The notes: generated by a model not told the origin, from the sequence alone. Positions 54,470-64,000 are shown, counted from the stretch's first letter. The stretch is 64,000 bases of DNA from an uncultured Pseudomonadota bacterium (GCA_902495305.1 CABUWG010000003.1:989-64988), one strand, 5' to 3'. Made by a program: numbers and translations.

Positions 54470-55309
54470 ATGGATAACATTATATTAACAGACTTTCTAA
54501 CTCTGACGGCCATCGCCTTAACCGCCGCCCTGATTCTGTATTTTGTCTCGCAAAAGTTCAAAGTAGACGAAGATCCGCGCATTGCCGATATAGAAGCCAT
54601 GCTGCCTCAGGCCAACTGCGGCGCCTGCGGGCGTGCAGGGTGTCATGATTTTGCCGTTGCCTGCACCAAATGCACGCCTCAGGGCTTTGCCAAATTATAC
54701 TGTCCGGTCGGCGGTCAAAAAGTCATGAACAAAGTTGCCGCCTATCTGGGCATGGAAGCCGCTGTCAAAGAAGATACCGTTGCCGTTTTGCGCTGTAACG
54801 GAAGCTGCCAAAACGCTCCGGCCAAAATTGATTACAACGGCATCCAATTCTGCCGGATTGCCAACACGATTTCAAGCGGACAAAGCGGCTGTCCGGACGG
54901 CTGCCTGCGTCTGGGAGACTGTGTCAAAGTTTGCAAGTTCGGTGCCTTAAGCCTGAACCCGCAAACCGGCCTGCCACAGGTAGACGCGGACAAATGCACT
55001 TCCTGCGGCGCCTGCGTCAACATCTGTCCGCGCCATCTTTTTGAAATCCGCCCCAAAGGCCTGAATAACGAAAGAGTCTATGTCGCCTGCCGTAACCGCC
55101 AAAAAGGCGCCGTTGCCCGCAAAAACTGCTCCGCGGCCTGCATTGGCTGCATGAAATGTGCCAAAATCTGCCCCGAGATAAAAATCGAGGACAACCTGTC
55201 TTATATTCCGACAGACGTAAACGCTGCCCAATTCGGTGCCAAACTGGCCGAAACCTGCCCGACCGAAGCCATTGTTCACGTTCAGCCGAAAGGACAACCG
55301 CATGACTAA
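54470..55309 (+). CDS. rnfB: Rnf electron transport complex subunit B
   Basis: N-terminal TM, CGACGRAGCHDFAVAC, and several CxxCxxCxxxCP ferredoxin motifs. Confidence 0.9.
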   Translation: MDNIILTDFLTLTAIALTAALILYFVSQKFKVDEDPRIADIEAMLPQANCGACGRAGCHDFAVACTKCTPQGFAKLYCPVGGQKVMNKVAAYLGMEAAVKEDTVAVLRCNGSCQNAPAKIDYNGIQFCRIANTISSGQSGCPDGCLRLGDCVKVCKFGALSLNPQTGLPQVDADKCTSCGACVNICPRHLFEIRPKGLNNERVYVACRNRQKGAVARKNCSAACIGCMKCAKICPEIKIEDNLSYIPTDVNAAQFGAKLAETCPTEAIVHVQPKGQPHD

Positions 55310-56627
55310 AACCTTTCCGATAGGCGGGATTCACCCCCGAAAATACAAACTGGCCGCTGATATTGCAATTACGGATGCCGGACTCCCTGAATACGTTTAC
55401 ATTCCGGTCAAACAACACGCCGGTGCACCGGCCAAAATCGTGGTCGCTCAGGGCGACAAAGTCAAAGCCGGCACGCTGCTGGCTGCCGCCGACGGCATTG
55501 TTTCCGCACCGGTTCACTCATCCGTTTCCGGTGAGGTTGTCAAAATCAGTCAGGAAGAGGGGCGCTGCGGATATTATGAAAATACCGTTACCATCAAAGT
55601 CGAAGGCAATGAATTTGCTGACGGCATTGATACGACGGACGCTGTCGTTGCCGAAATCCCCGACAGCACGGAAGAAATCATGCGCCGCATTCGCAATGCC
55701 GGCATTGTCGGTATGGGCGGAGCAGGGTACCCGACCCCGATAAAAACCACGGTTCCGGAAGGCCGCAAAGCAGAATACCTCATTGTCAACGGCATTGAAT
55801 GCGAGCCTTTTCTCTGCGCGGACGATCGTCTGATGCAGGAAAAAGCCGAAGAAATCATTATCGGCGCCAAAATCATCAATAAACTGCTCGGCATTCAAAA
55901 GGCCGTCATCGCTATCGACGAGAACAAGCCACGTGCCATAGAAATCATGACCCGCCTGACCAAAAGCTATGTCGGCGTTAATGTCAGGATTTGTAAAACA
56001 AAATATCCTCAGGGCGGAGAAAAACAGTTGATTGCTGCCATTACCGGACGGGAAGTCCCGATTGCCAAACTGCCGATAGACGTCGGCTGCGTCGTCCAAA
56101 ACGCCGGTACGGTCTTTGCCGTTTATGAGGCCGTCATGAAGAAAAAACCGCTGATTGAGCGTATTGTAACGGTAAGCGGAGATGCCGCCGAAAAATCAGC
56201 CAACTTCAGGGTACGCATTGGCACGCCGGCAGAATTCTTAATCAATAAAATCGGCGGCGTAACAGAAAAAACAGACGAAATCATCTTTGGCGGACCTTTT
56301 ATGGGAACCTCTGTTACCAATTTAAAAGCTCCGGTCACCAAATTAACCTCCGGCATTCTGCTTCTCTCTGCCAATCTGGCGGAAAAAGAACCGGAAACCG
56401 CCTGCATCCGCTGCGGCAAATGCGTTGATGCCTGCCCGCAAGGCTTAATGCCGTTTGAGATTGCCCGTTACGCCCGAAACAATGACTTCTCGCAAATCAT
56501 GCGGCTCCACGCCCGCGACTGCATTGAATGCGGCTCCTGCGCCTATATCTGTCCGGCACGCATTCCGCTATTGGATTATTGCAAAATGAGCAAAGCAGAA
56601 GCTAAAAAAATATTGAAAAAACAATAA
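55302..56627 (+). CDS. rnfC: Rnf electron transport complex subunit C
   Basis: GMGGAGYPT, IVNGIECEP and two C-terminal 4Fe-4S motifs (CIRCGKCVDACP, CIECGSCAYICP). ATG 55302 overlaps the rnfB stop; the track start 55236 is rejected. Confidence 0.9.
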   Translation: MTKTFPIGGIHPRKYKLAADIAITDAGLPEYVYIPVKQHAGAPAKIVVAQGDKVKAGTLLAAADGIVSAPVHSSVSGEVVKISQEEGRCGYYENTVTIKVEGNEFADGIDTTDAVVAEIPDSTEEIMRRIRNAGIVGMGGAGYPTPIKTTVPEGRKAEYLIVNGIECEPFLCADDRLMQEKAEEIIIGAKIINKLLGIQKAVIAIDENKPRAIEIMTRLTKSYVGVNVRICKTKYPQGGEKQLIAAITGREVPIAKLPIDVGCVVQNAGTVFAVYEAVMKKKPLIERIVTVSGDAAEKSANFRVRIGTPAEFLINKIGGVTEKTDEIIFGGPFMGTSVTNLKAPVTKLTSGILLLSANLAEKEPETACIRCGKCVDACPQGLMPFEIARYARNNDFSQIMRLHARDCIECGSCAYICPARIPLLDYCKMSKAEAKKILKKQ

Positions 56628-56638
56628 GGTCAAGAACT

Positions 56639-57640
56639 ATGTTAAAGATATCTTCCGCACCGCACATGGCCTCTCCCGTCAGTACCAAAAGTCTGATGAA
56701 AAATGTCGTCATCGCATTAATGCCTGCCGTTCTGGCTGCTTTGCTGATTTTCGGCTTCAATGCCTTTCAGGTCTTGCTCACCTCCGTTGCTGCCTGTGTT
56801 GCCTGCGAATATTTGATTTGCCGTTACTTTTTAAAAACGCCGCCGACAACCGGAGATTTTTCGGCAGTCATTACCGGCATTCTGCTGGGTTTCAACCTGC
56901 CGAGCAGCATTCCGCTATGGATGATTTTGATTGGCGCTTTCTTTGCTATCGGCATTACCAAAATGGCTTACGGCGGTCTGGGAAAAAATCTGTTCAATCC
57001 GGCACTGGTCGGCCGCGTCTTTCTGTTTGTATCTTTTCCGCAGCAAATGACAACCTGGCCGCAGCCGCAGTTCGGAAACTTCTTTGCCGCGGATGCCCAA
57101 ACCGGAGCAACCACACTCGGAATTTTAAAACATCTGAGCCCGGAAACATTAAGTAACGGTTTAACAAAGTATAGCTATCATATTGATAATGTGCCGAGTT
57201 ACCTTAATATGTTTCTGGGAAATACCGGCGGCAGCTTAGGCGAAGTTTCTGCACTTGCCTTACTCATTGGCCTTTTTTATATGCTTTCTAAAAAGGTAAT
57301 CACTTGGCATATTCCCTTTTATTATCTTTCAACCGTGTTTATCTTAACCTCAATCATGTGGTTCTTCAAACAAACGCCAAATCTTGATCCGGTGGCACAT
57401 CTGCTTTCCGGCGGTTTAATTCTGGGCGCTGTCTTTATGGCAACAGATTATGTAACCTCTCCGATGACAACCAACGGCAAAATCATCTTTGCCGTCGGCT
57501 GCGGAGCCCTGACGGTTATCATCCGTGTATTCAGCGCATATCCGGAAGGCGTTTCTTTTGCCATTTTAATTATGAACGCATTTGTACCGTTGATTGACCG
57601 CTGGTGCATTCCGCGGGTTTACGGAGCAGGGAGAAAATAA
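56639..57640 (+). CDS. rnfD: Rnf electron transport complex subunit D
   Basis: 333 aa, polytopic, with SSAPH, GGSLGEVSALALL and TDYVTSP (FMN attachment region). Confidence 0.9.
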   Translation: MLKISSAPHMASPVSTKSLMKNVVIALMPAVLAALLIFGFNAFQVLLTSVAACVACEYLICRYFLKTPPTTGDFSAVITGILLGFNLPSSIPLWMILIGAFFAIGITKMAYGGLGKNLFNPALVGRVFLFVSFPQQMTTWPQPQFGNFFAADAQTGATTLGILKHLSPETLSNGLTKYSYHIDNVPSYLNMFLGNTGGSLGEVSALALLIGLFYMLSKKVITWHIPFYYLSTVFILTSIMWFFKQTPNLDPVAHLLSGGLILGAVFMATDYVTSPMTTNGKIIFAVGCGALTVIIRVFSAYPEGVSFAILIMNAFVPLIDRWCIPRVYGAGRK

Positions 57641-58216
57641 ATGAGCAAACCCGCCAGTACCTTAAAAAACATGATCTTGGCAATGACAATTGTTGCCGGA
57701 TTGTCCGCCCTGATTTTAAGTATCAGCTACAAAATTACGCAGGAACCGATAAAAAAAGCTCAGGATGCTAAAAAGCTTGAGGCCATTCAGGCCGTTTTGC
57801 CGCCGGATTACGATAATAATCCCTATCAGGAACGCCTGACCATTTCCGGCAGCAATATTGAGCTTTATCCGGCCAGACAAGGCACAAAAATCACCTCCGT
57901 TGCCATGAAGACATACAGCAACAATGCCTTCAGCGGCCGTCTGGAGTTGATTGTCGGTTTTTTGCTTGACGGTACCATCACCGATTATAAAGTCGTCAGC
58001 CATAAAGAAACCCCCGGTCTGGGCTCCAAAGTCACAGAAGAAAAGTTCGCCCGCCAACTTCGCGGTTTTAACATTACCAAACAAAAATTAAAGGTAAGAC
58101 AAGACGACGGTGACATAGACGCCGTCACATCCGCCACCATCAGCTCGCGAGCCGTTCTGGACGCCATTCAACGGGCTTATGACAATTACATCAAATTCAG
58201 TACATTGGGAAACTAA
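57641..58216 (+). CDS. rnfG: Rnf electron transport complex subunit G
   Basis: 191 aa with an N-terminal TM, ETPGLG, and DAVTSATISSRAV (FMN-binding SGAT-like motif). Confidence 0.85.
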   Translation: MSKPASTLKNMILAMTIVAGLSALILSISYKITQEPIKKAQDAKKLEAIQAVLPPDYDNNPYQERLTISGSNIELYPARQGTKITSVAMKTYSNNAFSGRLELIVGFLLDGTITDYKVVSHKETPGLGSKVTEEKFARQLRGFNITKQKLKVRQDDGDIDAVTSATISSRAVLDAIQRAYDNYIKFSTLGN

Positions 58217-58219
58217 GAC

Positions 58220-58819
58220 ATGAGCAACCAAAGTTATGAAAATCTGACCAGAGGCATTATCAAAGAGAACCCGACCTTTGTAATGCTGCTCGGAATGTGC
58301 CCGACTCTGGGCGTCACCACCTCCGCCGCTAACGGGCTGGGAATGGGGCTGGCAACACTGTTTGTCCTGATCCTGTCTAATTTTGCCATATCTTCGGTCA
58401 AAAACGTCATCCCCGATATGGTGCGCATTCCTTGTTATATCGTAATTATCGCCTCTTTTGTCACTGTCGTAGACCTTCTGATGGCGGCCTATCTTCCGTC
58501 TTTGCATGCCCGTCTTGGAATCTTCATTCCGCTGATTGTCGTCAACTGCATTATTTTGGGACGCGCCGAGGCCTTTGCCTCCAAAAATACAATCTGGCAG
58601 TCTGTTCTTGATGCCATAGGCATGGGAATAGGCTTTACCGGCGCTTTAACCCTGTTGGGCATTGTGCGCGAGATTTTGGGCATGGGCTCTGTTTTTGGCT
58701 GGAAGTTTGTGGCTGAAGGTGCAGATACCATGATGTTATTCATCATGCCCCCCGGCGCTTTTCTGGCCTTGGCCGGACTTGTTATTGTCTTTAACAAAAT
58801 CACCGGAGCAGGCAAATGA
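58220..58819 (+). CDS. rnfE: Rnf electron transport complex subunit E
   Basis: LLGMCPTLGVTTSAANGLGMGLAT and GIFIPLIVVNCIILGRAEAFA align to E. coli RsxE by eye. Confidence 0.9.
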   Translation: MSNQSYENLTRGIIKENPTFVMLLGMCPTLGVTTSAANGLGMGLATLFVLILSNFAISSVKNVIPDMVRIPCYIVIIASFVTVVDLLMAAYLPSLHARLGIFIPLIVVNCIILGRAEAFASKNTIWQSVLDAIGMGIGFTGALTLLGIVREILGMGSVFGWKFVAEGADTMMLFIMPPGAFLALAGLVIVFNKITGAGK

Positions 58820-59391
58820 GTTATATTATGATTTTTATCAGTGCAATCTTTGTCAATAATATTGTATTGTCACAATTTCTGGGTATCTGCCCGTTTTTGG
58901 GCGTGTCCAAAAACAGCTCCACCGCTGCCGGTATGGGAATGGCCGTCATGTTCGTCATGACCTTGTCAACCATTGCCACCTATCTGGCTTATTACCTGCT
59001 GTTGGTTCCGTATCATTTGGAATTTATGATTACGGTTGTCTTTATTCTGATTATTGCTTCTTTAGTACAAATGGTAGAAATTATCCTCAAAAAAGTTTCT
59101 CCGGCATTATATCAGGCTCTGGGCATTTTCCTGCCTCTGATTACAACCAACTGTGCCGTTCTCGGTATCGCCATTCTTGCCGTCCAAAAAGACTACAATC
59201 TGACACATGCCGTTTGCTATGCTCTGGCAAATGCTATGGGCTTTACGCTGGCAATCATTCTTTTTGCCGGACTGCGGGAAAGAATTAATTTAAACGCTTT
59301 GCCGCATGCCATGCGCGGCACGCCGATTACGCTTATCACGGCCGGACTTTTGTCTCTGGCCTTTATGGGCTTTGCCGGAATAGGGAACTAA
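58816..59391 (+). CDS. rnfA: Rnf electron transport complex subunit A
   Basis: FVNNIVLSQFLGICPFLGVS and GIFLPLITTNCAVLG, RnfA-type. ATGA overlap with rnfE. Confidence 0.9.
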   Translation: MSYIMIFISAIFVNNIVLSQFLGICPFLGVSKNSSTAAGMGMAVMFVMTLSTIATYLAYYLLLVPYHLEFMITVVFILIIASLVQMVEIILKKVSPALYQALGIFLPLITTNCAVLGIAILAVQKDYNLTHAVCYALANAMGFTLAIILFAGLRERINLNALPHAMRGTPITLITAGLLSLAFMGFAGIGN

Positions 59392-59396
59392 ACCAA

Positions 59397-59433
59397 CAAA
59401 AAACCTGCTCCCAAAGAAGCAGGTTTTTCTTTT
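59397..59433. terminator. Bidirectional intrinsic terminator after rnfA and the uracil-DNA glycosylase gene
   Basis: AAACCTGCT-cccaaaga-AGCAGGTTT flanked by A- and T-runs. Confidence 0.8.
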
Positions 59434-59443
59434 AACATGCCTT

Positions 59444-60079
59444 TCAACACAATTCTTTCAATTTCCGCACAATGTCCCGAAACATCTCATAAGTCAAAAC
59501 GCCGGTATTCACATTATAACGCGAGGTATGATAAGAATTCAGCATCAACAGATTGTGCTTATCCAAACGATGAACGGCTCCATGAGCAAACTTAAACGCG
59601 GCTTTTTTATACCCCAGCACGCCGAGCAGGGCACTGTGCGCAACCGCTCCCAACGTCAAAATCACCTTCAAATTCGGCATCGAACGGATTTCCTCAATCA
59701 AATAATGCCCACAATTATTCACTTCCTCGCCGGTCACTTTATTTTGCGGCGGCACACAACGGACAGAATTGGTAATCCGGACATTCCGCAATTCAAAGCC
59801 GTCATCTTTACGTTTCTGATATTCCCCTTCGGCAAAGCCAAACTTTTTCAAAATCGGATAAAGCACATCGCCGGCATAATCATTGGTAAAAGGCCGTGCG
59901 GTCTGATTAGCGCCGTTCAACCCCGGAGCCAGCCCGATAATCAGAATTTCGGCATCCAAACTGCCAAAAGAAGGAACCGGCCCGTTATAATACGTCGGAA
60001 ACTTCTTTTCATTCTCATGCCGAAAAGCAATCAAACGGCTGCATTTTTCACATTTTTTATCAGGGCAAACAAAATTCAT
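59444..60079 (-). CDS. Uracil-DNA glycosylase superfamily protein (family 4/5, Fe-S type)
   Basis: 211 aa with an N-terminal Cys cluster (CPDKKCEKC), IIGLAPGLNGANQTARPFT (motif A region) and a HTSRYN-type C-terminal motif. Confidence 0.82.
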   Translation of the reverse strand: MNFVCPDKKCEKCSRLIAFRHENEKKFPTYYNGPVPSFGSLDAEILIIGLAPGLNGANQTARPFTNDYAGDVLYPILKKFGFAEGEYQKRKDDGFELRNVRITNSVRCVPPQNKVTGEEVNNCGHYLIEEIRSMPNLKVILTLGAVAHSALLGVLGYKKAAFKFAHGAVHRLDKHNLLMLNSYHTSRYNVNTGVLTYEMFRDIVRKLKELC

Positions 60080-60318
60080 AACGGTCTAACTCCTTAAATT
60101 ATAACAAAAAGAACATATTTCTGCCAATTTTATATACTTTAGCATAATTTTTTTTACCATAACCTCTTTAAATCTATTTTTCCAGCATTAAATCATTTGC
60201 AACCAACGGCGTGTGGCCTAAAAAAATATATGCGCTGTTGCTTAACACAAGAATTACAACCGCCTTTTGATTGTAAGAGTAAACTTAAAAAAAACCTATT
60301 TAAATGGAGTTTATGAAT

Positions 60319-60876
60319 ATGAAGAAAACATTACTGTTAGCAGGAGTTGCTTGTCTTATTTCCTTTGGCGCCGCCGCCAAAGAATACAATCCTTACATCG
60401 GGTTGGATTATGCCTATTCAAAATTTGATTTGAAAAAACAATTGAAGCGTGTTGATGATGGTTACAATTCAGGCGTTGTCAATGCCGGTATCCGGGTTGG
60501 TCAATATGCCGGTCTTGAAGCCTTCTTCCAACAAGCCGGAGACAGAAAAACACACGATGCTGATGGTTCGGTAAAAAGTAAATTCTACGCTTATGGTGCA
60601 GATTTGATGGGTTACCTGCCGATTCCGGCTTGCAGTGAAAAGTTCAATCTGTTGGGTTCCGTAGGTCTCGGAAACTATAAATTCTCTGCAAAATACAAAG
60701 GTAACAACAAACCGAAATATAACAAAGACCGTACAGGTTACCGCTTCGGCGTTGGTGCTCAGTACCACATGACTCAAAACTGGTCTGCCCGTGTAATGGG
60801 TCGTTACACTTTCTTGGGCGCTCGTGACATTGACAACCTTGCCGAAGTCACTGCCGGTCTCAGATATACTTTCTAA
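60319..60876 (+). CDS. Outer membrane beta-barrel protein (OMP_b-brl/porin family)
   Basis: Signal peptide MKKTLLLAGVACLISFGAAA, alternating beta-strand pattern and a terminal GLRYTF. GGAG at 60306-09 favours ATG 60319 over the track start 60304. Confidence 0.7.
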   Translation: MKKTLLLAGVACLISFGAAAKEYNPYIGLDYAYSKFDLKKQLKRVDDGYNSGVVNAGIRVGQYAGLEAFFQQAGDRKTHDADGSVKSKFYAYGADLMGYLPIPACSEKFNLLGSVGLGNYKFSAKYKGNNKPKYNKDRTGYRFGVGAQYHMTQNWSARVMGRYTFLGARDIDNLAEVTAGLRYTF

Positions 60877-60905
60877 TAAAGATATCACGTCATACACTGC
60901 TAAAC

Positions 60906-60937
60906 AAAAACCGTTCCTGTTTCAGGGGCGGTTTTTT
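60906..60937 (+). terminator. Intrinsic terminator
   Basis: AACCGttCCTG-ttt-CAGGggCGGTT followed by TTTTT. Confidence 0.7.
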
Positions 60938-61046
60938 ACAATACCATAACGCAAGAGCAGGGCAAAACCCTCAAAAAAACATTGCCCCGTCCAAACATCA
61001 ATGCTACTTTCTATATTAGTTTTTAACCATTAAAAGAGGTAAAAAA

Positions 61047-61403
61047 ATGAGCAAATCAAGATATTATTTTTGGATTCTGGCTGCCGCCATTATCATCTTA
61101 GGCATTGGTTTTTCAATGAGAATTCCTGAAATTACCAATCCGGCCTATGCTGTTGCCGCCCATGCCACCAACCCGTGGATTTTAGTCGTTGCCGCTATCA
61201 GCGCCTTTCTGCTGGGCAACTTCCGCCACTACTGGATTGCTGTAATTGTAACCGGCTTAATAACAGCCATCTGCATTCACATCTTTGTCCTCAACGGCTC
61301 TTTTGGCACACTTGACACCTTCACAACCCTTTACAGAACGCTGGCATTTACCTGCATTGTATATCTGCTGAATTTGGTTCGCCTGATTTTCAGCCGGTTC
61401 TAA
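61047..61403 (+). CDS. Small membrane protein (118 aa, ~4 TM), unknown function
   Basis: Hydrophobic ORF preceded by AGAGG, with a terminator downstream. Confidence 0.45.
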   Translation: MSKSRYYFWILAAAIIILGIGFSMRIPEITNPAYAVAAHATNPWILVVAAISAFLLGNFRHYWIAVIVTGLITAICIHIFVLNGSFGTLDTFTTLYRTLAFTCIVYLLNLVRLIFSRF

Positions 61404-61419
61404 GAGGATAATCATTATC

Positions 61420-61458
61420 AAACCCCTGTATCGGAAAAAGAGCAGGGGTTTGATTTTA
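61420..61458 (+). terminator. Intrinsic terminator
   Basis: CAAACCCCTG-(14 nt)-CAGGGGTTTG followed by ATTTT. Confidence 0.6.
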
Positions 61459-62049
61459 CCGGCCAAAACCTGCCGCCAGCCGGCAAAAGTGCACGACACT
61501 AATTTCCATCAGACAAATAAGCTTCCCAACAAAAGAGCATATAGTCAAATAACACCAGAAAAATATTCTACGACCGGCAATTCTTCATAAACTGCGCAAT
61601 TTCATACCCAACTAACATTTTGAAAACTTCCTGCGTGTCATTGAAATAAATATTCCCCGGTAAACAGGGGGTTCTAAATCAGCTGCAAACCTAACGGTTT
61701 GACCACGCTCGTTGGCGTGGAGCGGTATTGTTTCAGCACCTTGGCATAAGGAATATAATAAAACCTTGCTTCAAAAAAATATTAATTAACATCAATAAAC
61801 GCATTAACCTTTGACAGAACAAATACCACATTGAATTAGCATATAAAATAGAGGAGCACCACCATTTTCATATCTATATTTTGTCGCATAATATATGTTA
61901 TGAATAGTTAGAGTAATAAAATCAAGTGATAAAACAAATAAACATGATTAATGATAAAATGGGCTCTCAGAACGAGCTGAGTATTTTTTTTCGTATAAAT
62001 TTACTTTTGCTCAACCTGATTGCACATCAAAAATTTTGTTCAAAGTTTT

Positions 62050-63609
62050 TTACAAAGAAGCCGCAATCAATTCTTTAGTATACTCCTGCTGTGGTGCCGT
62101 AAATATTTTTTCACAGGATGACATTTCTATAATTTTTCCGTCCCGCATAACGGCAATATCATCAGCAATTGCCCGAACCGCTGCCATATCATGTGAAATA
62201 AAAATATAAGAAATATTTCTTTTCTTCTGAATCTCCTGCAACAGTGTCATAACCTGTTTTTGAATTGTCACATCCAATGCAGATGTCGGCTCGTCCAGAA
62301 TCACAATTTCCGGCTCCAGCACCAACGCTCTGGCAATCGCAATCCTTTGCCTTTGCCCGCCGGAAAATTCATGAGGATATTTCACCAAAACGTCTTCTTC
62401 CAATCCAACTTCTCGCAAGGCATTGATAATTCGTTTATTTTTCTCTGTTTTAGATAAGCTGGGAAAATGAACCTGCAGCCCCTCTCCCACAATTTCACCA
62501 ATATTCATACGGGGATTCAATGAGTTATAAGGATCCTGAAATACAATCTGCACTTTTTTGCGCAATTCAGCCTTTGACGAGCTTCCTGATATCCCACTGA
62601 TTTCAACCTTACCCGAATGCGGTATCAAATCGGCAACAGCCAAACCCAGCGTTGTCTTTCCTGATCCGGACTCTCCGACAATCCCCAGCGTCTTGCCTTT
62701 TTTCAAGTCAAAAGACACGCCGTCGACCGCCTTTAAAATGTTTTTCGGACGCCCCCAAAAACTTCGCTTCAACACAAATTCCACCAATATTTTCTCGGCC
62801 TTCAAGACAGTCTGAGAATCAGATATTTCATTATTTTTCATAGAGAAAAATGAATTTATTAATTTTTTAGTATAACTCTCGCGCGGATGATTGAACAAAT
62901 CTTCCGCCGGACCGGCTTCAATAACTTTTCCGTCCTTCATCACACAAATATTATCAGCAATTTTTCGTACCAAACGCAAATCATGACTGATAAATATAAT
63001 AGCCATACCGGTCTTTTTCTTCAAATCAAGAAGCAAATCAATAATTTGTTTCTGAACCGTCACATCAAGAGCCGTCGTCGGCTCATCGGCAATCAAAATC
63101 TCGGGATTATTGGCCATCGCCATCGCAATCATAACCCTTTGCCTTTGTCCGCCCGACAATTCAAAAGGATAAGCCTCCATCCGCCGACGGGCATTTTTTA
63201 TGCCGGTCATTTTCAAAAGCCGCAAGACCTCGGCCTTTGCCTGCCTCCCGTTAAATCCGCGGTGCAACGTCAAAGTTTCGGCAATCTGTCGGCCGATTTT
63301 ATGAAGCGGATTCAACGAAGACATCGGTTCTTGAAAAATCAGCGCGATTTTATCCCCTCTGACCTGCTGCATTTCTTTTGTTTCCAGCAAATTTTTACCT
63401 TCAAACAAAATGCTAGATTGCTTGTCATACACAAATTTTTGTGGCGCAAGCAACCCTAACACGGACAATGCGGTCAAAGATTTTCCGGAGCCGGATTCTC
63501 CGACAATTCCTAAAATCTGCCCTTTCTCCAAAGACAAAGACACATTGTCCAGCAGCCTCTTTCCGTCGGCCAATGACAAGCCCAGATTTTTAATTTCTAA
63601 TATTGCCAT
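62050..63609 (-). CDS. Fused double-ATPase ABC transporter protein of the peptide/opine/nickel (YejF-like) family
   Basis: 519 aa with two Walker A sites (GESGSGKS twice), two LSGGQRQR signatures and two Walker B sites. Confidence 0.85.
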   Translation of the reverse strand: MAILEIKNLGLSLADGKRLLDNVSLSLEKGQILGIVGESGSGKSLTALSVLGLLAPQKFVYDKQSSILFEGKNLLETKEMQQVRGDKIALIFQEPMSSLNPLHKIGRQIAETLTLHRGFNGRQAKAEVLRLLKMTGIKNARRRMEAYPFELSGGQRQRVMIAMAMANNPEILIADEPTTALDVTVQKQIIDLLLDLKKKTGMAIIFISHDLRLVRKIADNICVMKDGKVIEAGPAEDLFNHPRESYTKKLINSFFSMKNNEISDSQTVLKAEKILVEFVLKRSFWGRPKNILKAVDGVSFDLKKGKTLGIVGESGSGKTTLGLAVADLIPHSGKVEISGISGSSSKAELRKKVQIVFQDPYNSLNPRMNIGEIVGEGLQVHFPSLSKTEKNKRIINALREVGLEEDVLVKYPHEFSGGQRQRIAIARALVLEPEIVILDEPTSALDVTIQKQVMTLLQEIQKKRNISYIFISHDMAAVRAIADDIAVMRDGKIIEMSSCEKIFTAPQQEYTKELIAASL

Positions 63610-64000
63610 CAGCCGTTTTTCCTTGCATCAAAAGCATCCCGCACACCTTCGCCGATAAAAATAAGCAAAGTCAACAAACTGGACAAGACCACAAAAATAG
63701 AAATTCCGATCCACGGCGCCTGCAGATTATCTTTCCCCTGCCGCACCAAATCACCCAGCGACGGATAATCATAAGGCAATCCAAACCCCAGAAAATCAAG
63801 TGCCGTCAAAGATACAATCGCACCGGACATAATAAAAGGCACAAACGTAATTGTAGCAATAATCGCGTTTGGCAGAATATGGCGGTAAATAATACGCCAG
63901 TTACTGACTCCGAGCGCCTTTGCCGCCAACACAAACTCCAAATTCCGCGCCCGTAAAAACTCGGCCCGCACCACGCCGGTCAAACTCATCCAGGAAAAAA
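63609..64000 (-). CDS. ABC transporter permease (DppC/YejE-like), C-terminal part; 5' end off window
   Basis: The C-terminal sequence ...RNLEFVLAAKALGVSNWRIIYRHILPNAI...GEGVRDAFDARKNG is typical of BPD-type peptide permeases. Its stop overlaps the downstream ATG (ATGA). The frame stays open to the window edge. Confidence 0.8.
   Translation of the reverse strand, partial: FSWMSLTGVVRAEFLRARNLEFVLAAKALGVSNWRIIYRHILPNAIIATITFVPFIMSGAIVSLTALDFLGFGLPYDYPSLGDLVRQGKDNLQAPWIGISIFVVLSSLLTLLIFIGEGVRDAFDARKNG

Noticed and set aside
1-64000. Search by eye for CRISPR arrays, IS elements or transposases, integrases, rRNA, toxin-antitoxin pairs and known defence-system signatures.
   Set aside because: None recognised. 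There are no regularly spaced direct repeats and no DDE, tyrosine- or serine-recombinase-like ORFs. The only RHH protein (19924-20238) has no adjacent toxin-like partner.

Overview
This is a dense 64-kb bacterial chromosomal window. I count about 62 protein genes and 2 tRNAs. I recognised no rRNA, CRISPR array, IS element, integrase or transposase. All protein calls come from reading the supplied translations against family motifs I remember. No search or computation was run.

The backbone gene order looks alphaproteobacterial: dusB...trkA-hfq-hflX, then lytic transglycosylase-rlpA-dac-tmk-holB-tatD-MBL, and mlaD-mlaD-DUF2155. The DNA looks moderately AT-rich by eye. The window carries anaerobe-style energy genes (apbE-rseC-rnfBCDGEA, an Fe-type alcohol dehydrogenase). 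It also carries many envelope genes: kdsA, pagP, a DUF2156 protein, a polyprenol-kinase-like protein, a CDP-alcohol phosphatidyltransferase, dsbD and a GldA/F/G-like ABC system.

The most unusual stretch is 44.1-50.6 kb, next to tRNA-Lys(CUU):
- a 101-bp direct repeat that duplicates the tRNA 3' end and its terminator, which looks like an att scar with no integrase;
- two orphan gene cassettes that share a nearly identical 41-bp promoter block;
- degenerate REP-like CGTCATyC elements;
- a consensus-like promoter, a ~350-nt ORF-poor transcript and an intrinsic terminator just upstream of an HD-domain gene;
- a tandem pair of small paralogous proteins, each with a signal peptide, a coiled coil and a C-terminal TM anchor.

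Other leads:
- a 1333-aa membrane-anchored coiled-coil protein (TipN/GPR-like architecture) coupled to dusB;
- a collapsed dusB-to-hflX locus lacking ntrBC/ntrYX;
- a 59-aa ORF below the track threshold;
- a 590-bp noncoding stretch with clustered hairpins.

I did not find a clear-cut new multi-gene system. The findings are leads ranked by how odd they look.
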